Assembly: GCA_977018835.1 (NCBI GenBank)
Contig: OZ361256.1
Coordinates: 186,001 to 250,000 of the forward strand
DNA from: Minutocellus sp. GHC0000111
Taxonomy: Eukaryota
Direction: 5' to 3'
DNA: 64,000 bases
The notes beneath the pieces were generated by a model. That model was not told where the DNA came from. It saw only the letters and a program-made list of their open reading frames with translations, and searched no databases. This document shows positions 58,709 through 64,000 of this stretch, in pieces (the first letter of the stretch is position 1; the number at the start of each line of letters is the position of its first letter). A program made the translations under genes and the position numbers.

Positions 58709-60726
58709 ATGTCAGGATCGAATCAAAACCTTGGCAGTCCGCAGCCGTATCTGGGCACCGACATGGGCAGCCCAAATCTTGCCGCTGGACATCACAATTC
58801 GCACCAGCATCACAATCAGGAGCAACAAGAAGTCGCGGCGCAGATGCACGCCCACCATGCAGCGGGAGGTGGGAATCTCCTCTACAATGATGCATACGGC
58901 GATGCGATTCATCCGCAAGACCCGCCTCCAGCTGGAACCGCCGGCGGAGTTCCTGGCATCATCAGTACGCACCCGACGCATCATCATCACCACGGACACC
59001 ATCATGGTCATCATCACGGTAAGTCAAGCTGTTGATGTTCTCACTGATTTCTTTGTACGTAAGGTTGCTGTTATTGTTTCTAATGCAGATGCAATCTTTT
59101 CATTTGCTGCAATATATCTATGGTACAGGGCACCACCACGGGCACCACGGTCATCATCAACACCACCAGCATCAGGCGCATCAGCACCAAGAACAAAATG
59201 CAGAAGCCCCGACGTATGATTATGTATATCAAAGCCCAGGGGAAGTAGGAGGAGCAACAGAATTTATGGCACAGCATTCGCCAGCAGCAGCTGTTGCAGT
59301 AGCGCCCGGGGCTGCGGCTGTTCCAGGTGCGGTCGCTGCCGCTGCTACAGGCCTATCATTCAACACGGGTCAGAACCCTCACATCCCCCCGGTCATGCCA
59401 CTGGATACGTTTGTTACTCATGCGCCGATTACCACGCCAATCGCAATGCGTCATCCCGACGAAGGCAAGAAACGGAAACGATTCACCAATGAAGAGAAGG
59501 AGGCCGTCAAAAAGGGTGTTGAACAGTATGGTCCCGGTGATTGGAAGTCCATCAAGAATCATTATGTTGGCATTCTTCACCATCGGACCCCGGTTCAAAT
59601 CAAGGACTGCTTCCGAACGATGGTAAAGCGGGGCGAAGTTCCAGAGAATTGGGGGCAAGAGGCCAAGGAAGCTCGAAAAGCCGCTAGGAAGGCCGGAAAG
59701 CTATTTGGATTTTACAATCCCCCTCCGGAATCCGCCGCCGGCAAGACGGATAATGATACCAATCCGACCACGGCAGGAGCATCACATTCTTCGTTGGGAA
59801 AGACCCCAAAGAGGCGCAAAATTTCGAAGGAAGAGAAGCAAGCTCTGATGGACGGCATCGAGAAACTGGGCGTAGGAAATTGGAAAATGATAAAGGAGGA
59901 GTACTCAGACATCTTTGTCGACCGCACCGGTCTTCAGCTAAAGGACCTGTATCGAACCATGGTCCGTCTTGGTCAAATGCCCAAAATCGAAGAGTCCGAA
60001 GAATCCAAAGCAGAGAGGAAGAAAAGATGTGCCCAGGCAGCTCGAGATGCCAAGGCGAAGAAGAAGACAATGCTGGATAAACATTTCACTACCAACGCCC
60101 GTTCGGCCGAAGCCGCCGCCAAGGCTAGGAAGCAGAAGGCCGAATGTGCTGCTGAAGCCCAGGCTGTCGAGCATAATAATACGGCGCAAGCATATGCCCA
60201 GCAGATGTGGATGAATCCTCACCAACAGCCTCCTGTTCATCCTGCTGGCTATCCTCAACAGCATCAGAATTGTGCCTACGGAGGATACTACAACTTGGAC
60301 CAGGGCGCCTACAATCCTGCCGCATATGCTGGATACCAAGCCGCCCAACAGCCTCAGCAGCCGCAGCAAGAACAAAATGCTCAGCAGGAAGTTGAGGCAA
60401 GCTACTACCACTGGACTGTGCTCTGGCCGAAACTTGCTGAGCGTGGATGGACCAAGCTTCGGGCCAATTCTCAGCAAAGAAACGATCTTCAAGTGGAGTA
60501 CATTTTTGTTTTGCCCGGGCACAACCCTCGTCATGGAGTCCACGGTACCGACTTTTTTGCCTCGGAAGATGAAGTGGTGGATTATGTCAAGCGAGAACAT
60601 GATAAGCAGCGTGCCGAGAATGAGCGCGCCGAAAACGAAGCCGCTGTTTCAGGTACCGACGCCCTCGCGGAGGCAGACGAAGATCCCGTTGAGGGAACAG
60701 GCGTTGAGGAATCACTTGAGATATAA
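58709..60726 (+). CDS. Double TRF-like Myb protein, copy C, intact
   Basis: Continuous frame; F>I change at the start of the second Myb repeat. Confidence 0.88.
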
Positions 60727-60799
60727 TAGTGCCGTTGCCAGCAATAGCTATCTAACCTGTTGATAAATACGTAGACAAATGTTTTATATCAAGGCTGAA

Positions 60800-61554
60800 T
60801 CATTTATGAAGCTGCATGTACAAATCCTCGTACTCTGGTGGTATGTCTGACCTTAGCATCATGCGCACTCGTCGGTCATTTCGCGAAGCCTTTCCGCCTC
60901 TTGCTTCTTTCTCTTCTTGCGTTCCGCTTTCGTTTCACCGCTCGGACCAGCTTCAGCTTGAGGAGTATGATTCCGACCCGCCGCTGCCTCGATGTCATGG
61001 TGCTTATGCGTGATTCTCGCCTCGGCCGATCCTTGTGCAGAACGCTTCCCTCTTTTTGTAGAACTCGACCCCAACCCACGCTTATCCATTTTCAGTGTTG
61101 TTTTGACAGGTAGCATCTCTCCCTGGCGTGATCGACCCAAACCTCCACTCTCTTCCGACCAACCCATGGCACTGAGCATGGTATACCCCTTGTTGGACTT
61201 ATCGAGTGATAACGATGTTTGATTTGCAGGTGGGTTTGCGAAGGCTCGATGCAAGGTATGGGCCATCTCCGACTTTAATGCATCTGATTTCTTATCACTG
61301 CAACAATTTGCTTTGATTTCCTCCTTCTCCGCATCAACAATTGGCAGAGAAGCCGTGGAAGTCTCCGACTGATTGTTGTTCTGATTGGCAGACTCGAATT
61401 TTGCCCTGGGTTGCGGCAATATTCTCCTTCTCTTTCGAGGTTTCACTCCAACAACAGACGCATAAAAATCTGATGCAGGCTCATCTTCGAAAATTGCCGC
61501 TCTGGAGGGGAAATCGTCCTGTCCAGAACCGCCATTGTCATGCCCCCGCTCCAT
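60800..61554 (-). pseudogene. G-patch protein, copy C, 1-bp deletion (T4>T3 at 60891-60893)
   Basis: Altered C-terminus versus copies A and B. Confidence 0.7.
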
Positions 61555-61871
61555 TGCTTCGCATTAGAGATTGTCTTGTGTTGTTCGAAACGCAAGGTGC
61601 CAGCGTCCCCAAATAATATGCTCCAACGATGCCGAATCGTTGGTCAGCATGAGTTGCCTTGTTCTGCGCTGGCCATTGCATTTTGCATTGAGCGAGATCG
61701 AGAAGCGAAGGGTTCTGTCGTTCTGTCCGTCGCCAACCGGCAGCCGCCTCCGAGAGGGGCTTCAGGAAGAAGGCAAGATGGCCCTGACTTGCTCAATGCT
61801 ACAGTACAGCAACGAAACAAAGACGCGAGAAGCTACGTAACACGTCGCTCAAATCACATCCAGCAAGGACC

Positions 61872-63382
61872 ATGAGCACGTCTCCTTGCCGTGATGGCAC
61901 CGGGGGTTCTTCCGAGCCTGCTCTAAAGCGCGCACGTCATGAGAGAGATGACAGTAATTCCGAAGAACCTCTACGGAGTTCCGATCGTTTCTCCAATCTG
62001 CCACCGGATGCACTGACGTTGTTGCTCAAATATGCCCGACCTTGTGATGATATCCACCACTTTGAATTTTCCTGGTCAATGGGGAAGATATGCAAGACAT
62101 TGCGCGAGCACGGTATCTTGGACGTGCTGCCCGCTGCACCATTTCATCTCGACGACTTCGAGGAGTACACACCGCTCGCCGGAAACGATGCGCAGCCTTT
62201 CGACTGTCGGGCGGGGCTTCTACAGGCGCTTGTGGATGATTCGACAAAGTGTGCATTGATATCCGAGCTAAATATCAGCCGGGCAAGTATCGAAAAGCAC
62301 GATGGAAGGGTCGACAGCGGTATCGTAAAAATTCTCGGTTCTCTGCTGACACGAAAAGGTGTCTTCATCAACGCAGGGGGATTGCACATCGATCTCACCC
62401 CGGCCGATGGGGAGTCTGAAGAAATTAGTTCCACGACTAATATCCCATTGCTGACAAAAAAATACTAAGGCAAATGCCAAACGCCTTTCCGGTTGTGACC
62501 GATGTTACATTTGGTCACTGCTTTTGTCCTGAAGCCCTGATGGCAAAGAAAGTCTTTGAAAATTTCTTCGGATCGCTCCAGCTTCCGCTGCAAAGCATTG
62601 ATCTGAAACGCAACCCATTTTTACACGAGCGGCACATTGTCAAAATTCTCCCACTCATAGGCAGCTCACTACGACGCATTGAGATCAATGGCGCTGAAAA
62701 CGAGAGTGTGAAAATGGTGGTTGGCCAGGATGACGAACATTCTCTCTTTTCGGCGATTGGGGAAAATTGCAAGCGGTTGAAATCATTGGCGCTTTGTGGG
62801 ATGCATTTCTATTCGACGGACGTATATCTTCGAACTACCTTTGATAGCATTCCTGGTCTCAATGAACTTATCTTGAAGGGAAACGATTACCACGTGTATG
62901 ACCCAAGGGTGGCGGCCAATGACTACATTTCGGGAGAAGAAGCCGAACCGTATCTGGCCGCATTTTTTCATCATCGGGGGACGCATCTAGAAACTTTGAA
63001 ATGTGACTTCTCTGATGTTTCCAGTGCCTGCAATGCTCTGAGAAACCTCATCGCGTTGCAACGTCGAAATTCATCGAGATCAGAAACGGAAGGCGCTCCT
63101 GAATCAATTAAGCTTCGAACTGTTGATATCCAAAACCTTGAAGTTTCTACAATTGCGATTGCAATAGGATCCGGCGTGAAAGACTTTGTAATGTACGAGG
63201 AAACGATGCTGAGTGCAAGGTCAAAAATTGAGGCTATCGCCTTCGCAGTCTCTGTGGGATCCCTACTGTCCGCAGCAACACACGAGATGGTCTTTTTTCA
63301 TTTTTGCAAGTTACCAGGAATCTTTTATACAATGAAATTTGATGACGGTAAAATTATCGTCGAGGTAAGAAAAGCGACATGA
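61872..63382 (+). pseudogene. F-box/LRR protein, copy C, A8>A7 frameshift near 62456-62462
   Basis: Split into 198-aa and 302-aa ORFs. Confidence 0.7.
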
Positions 63383-63551
63383 GGAGGCTTAAAATATAGA
63401 CTCCAGGTAATTTAATCTAATAAACTGCTGAAGTTTACACTACATCGATGCAAACTCTAGCTAGCCAGCCACGACTCTTTGCATGTATGTCACATTCCGG
63501 TTTTTACTTTCATGGATAACAACCAAGCTGAACTGTTAAATGAACTTGCGT

Positions 63552-63877
63552 TTACCAAAACTTGAATCCACCACCCCCTTTCTCTTTCTTTTGTCGCTCC
63601 TTCTCCAAATCCGCTGGGTCGACCCAACCGCTCTCGAAATACGGCATACTCGTCTGCTTACTCTTGCCTTCCTCATCTACCAAGTTGTTGGCCTCGAGGC
63701 TAAACATCAAATTGCCAGTGTCCTCGTCAACGCCCTCAAAGTCACCAAGGAACGGACTTCCCATACCAGCCGTGATCAGTTGCGCCAAGCCCGAAAGTCC
63801 AATCTTCTTTTCTTCGGGATTCTCACCCCGTCCCTCATCGGGCTGGTTCGCCGTGGGGTCCATCCATTTTGGAATAC
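63552..63877 (-). CDS. Exon 2 of the ASAFAP plastid protein, copy C
   Basis: Identical translation to 19510-19835. Confidence 0.85.
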
Positions 63878-64000
63878 CTGCAGAAAATAGACGAAATCAG
63901 ATGAATGATAAGATTAATGAAACATGACATTCGGAGCGGGGAACTGTGGCAAGCTCATTCTTGCAACTGGTGCAATCTCATAAATGCATCGTTCGTGTTC

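Larger units (their letters stand above)
47945..64000 (+). repeat. Copy C: duplicate of 3895-19958 with scattered SNPs and small indels (probable alternative haplotype)
   Basis: Same gene order; offsets 44050 to 44039 to 44042. Confidence 0.97.

Overview
Gene-dense eukaryotic nuclear DNA, very probably from a diatom. Evidence: short GT-AG introns, bipartite ASAFAP-type plastid presequences, and diatom-like Cys-rich and F-box families. About 27 distinct genes lie in 1-42.5 kb. They include GT8 and tandem DUF616-like glycosyltransferases, neurochondrin-like, cyclin L, an alpha/beta hydrolase, a double TRF-type Myb, G-patch, F-box/LRR, PGR5, a PsbQ-like lumenal protein, a pacifastin-like inhibitor, TLDc, DUF1415, a Cys-less pentameric ligand-gated channel and SND2. 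The rest of the window is redundant. 42498-47744 (copy B) nearly duplicates 11716-16960. After a 200-N gap, 47945-64000 (copy C) is a SNP-bearing copy of 3895-19958, most likely the other haplotype. The copies carry reciprocal frameshifts and nonsense changes. The most unusual gene is a 118-aa HEPN (RxxxxH, DUF4145-like) protein with both an N-myristoylation motif and a CaaX box, whose start region is tandemly duplicated to give an out-of-frame upstream ATG. All family calls come from motif recognition by eye, not database searches.
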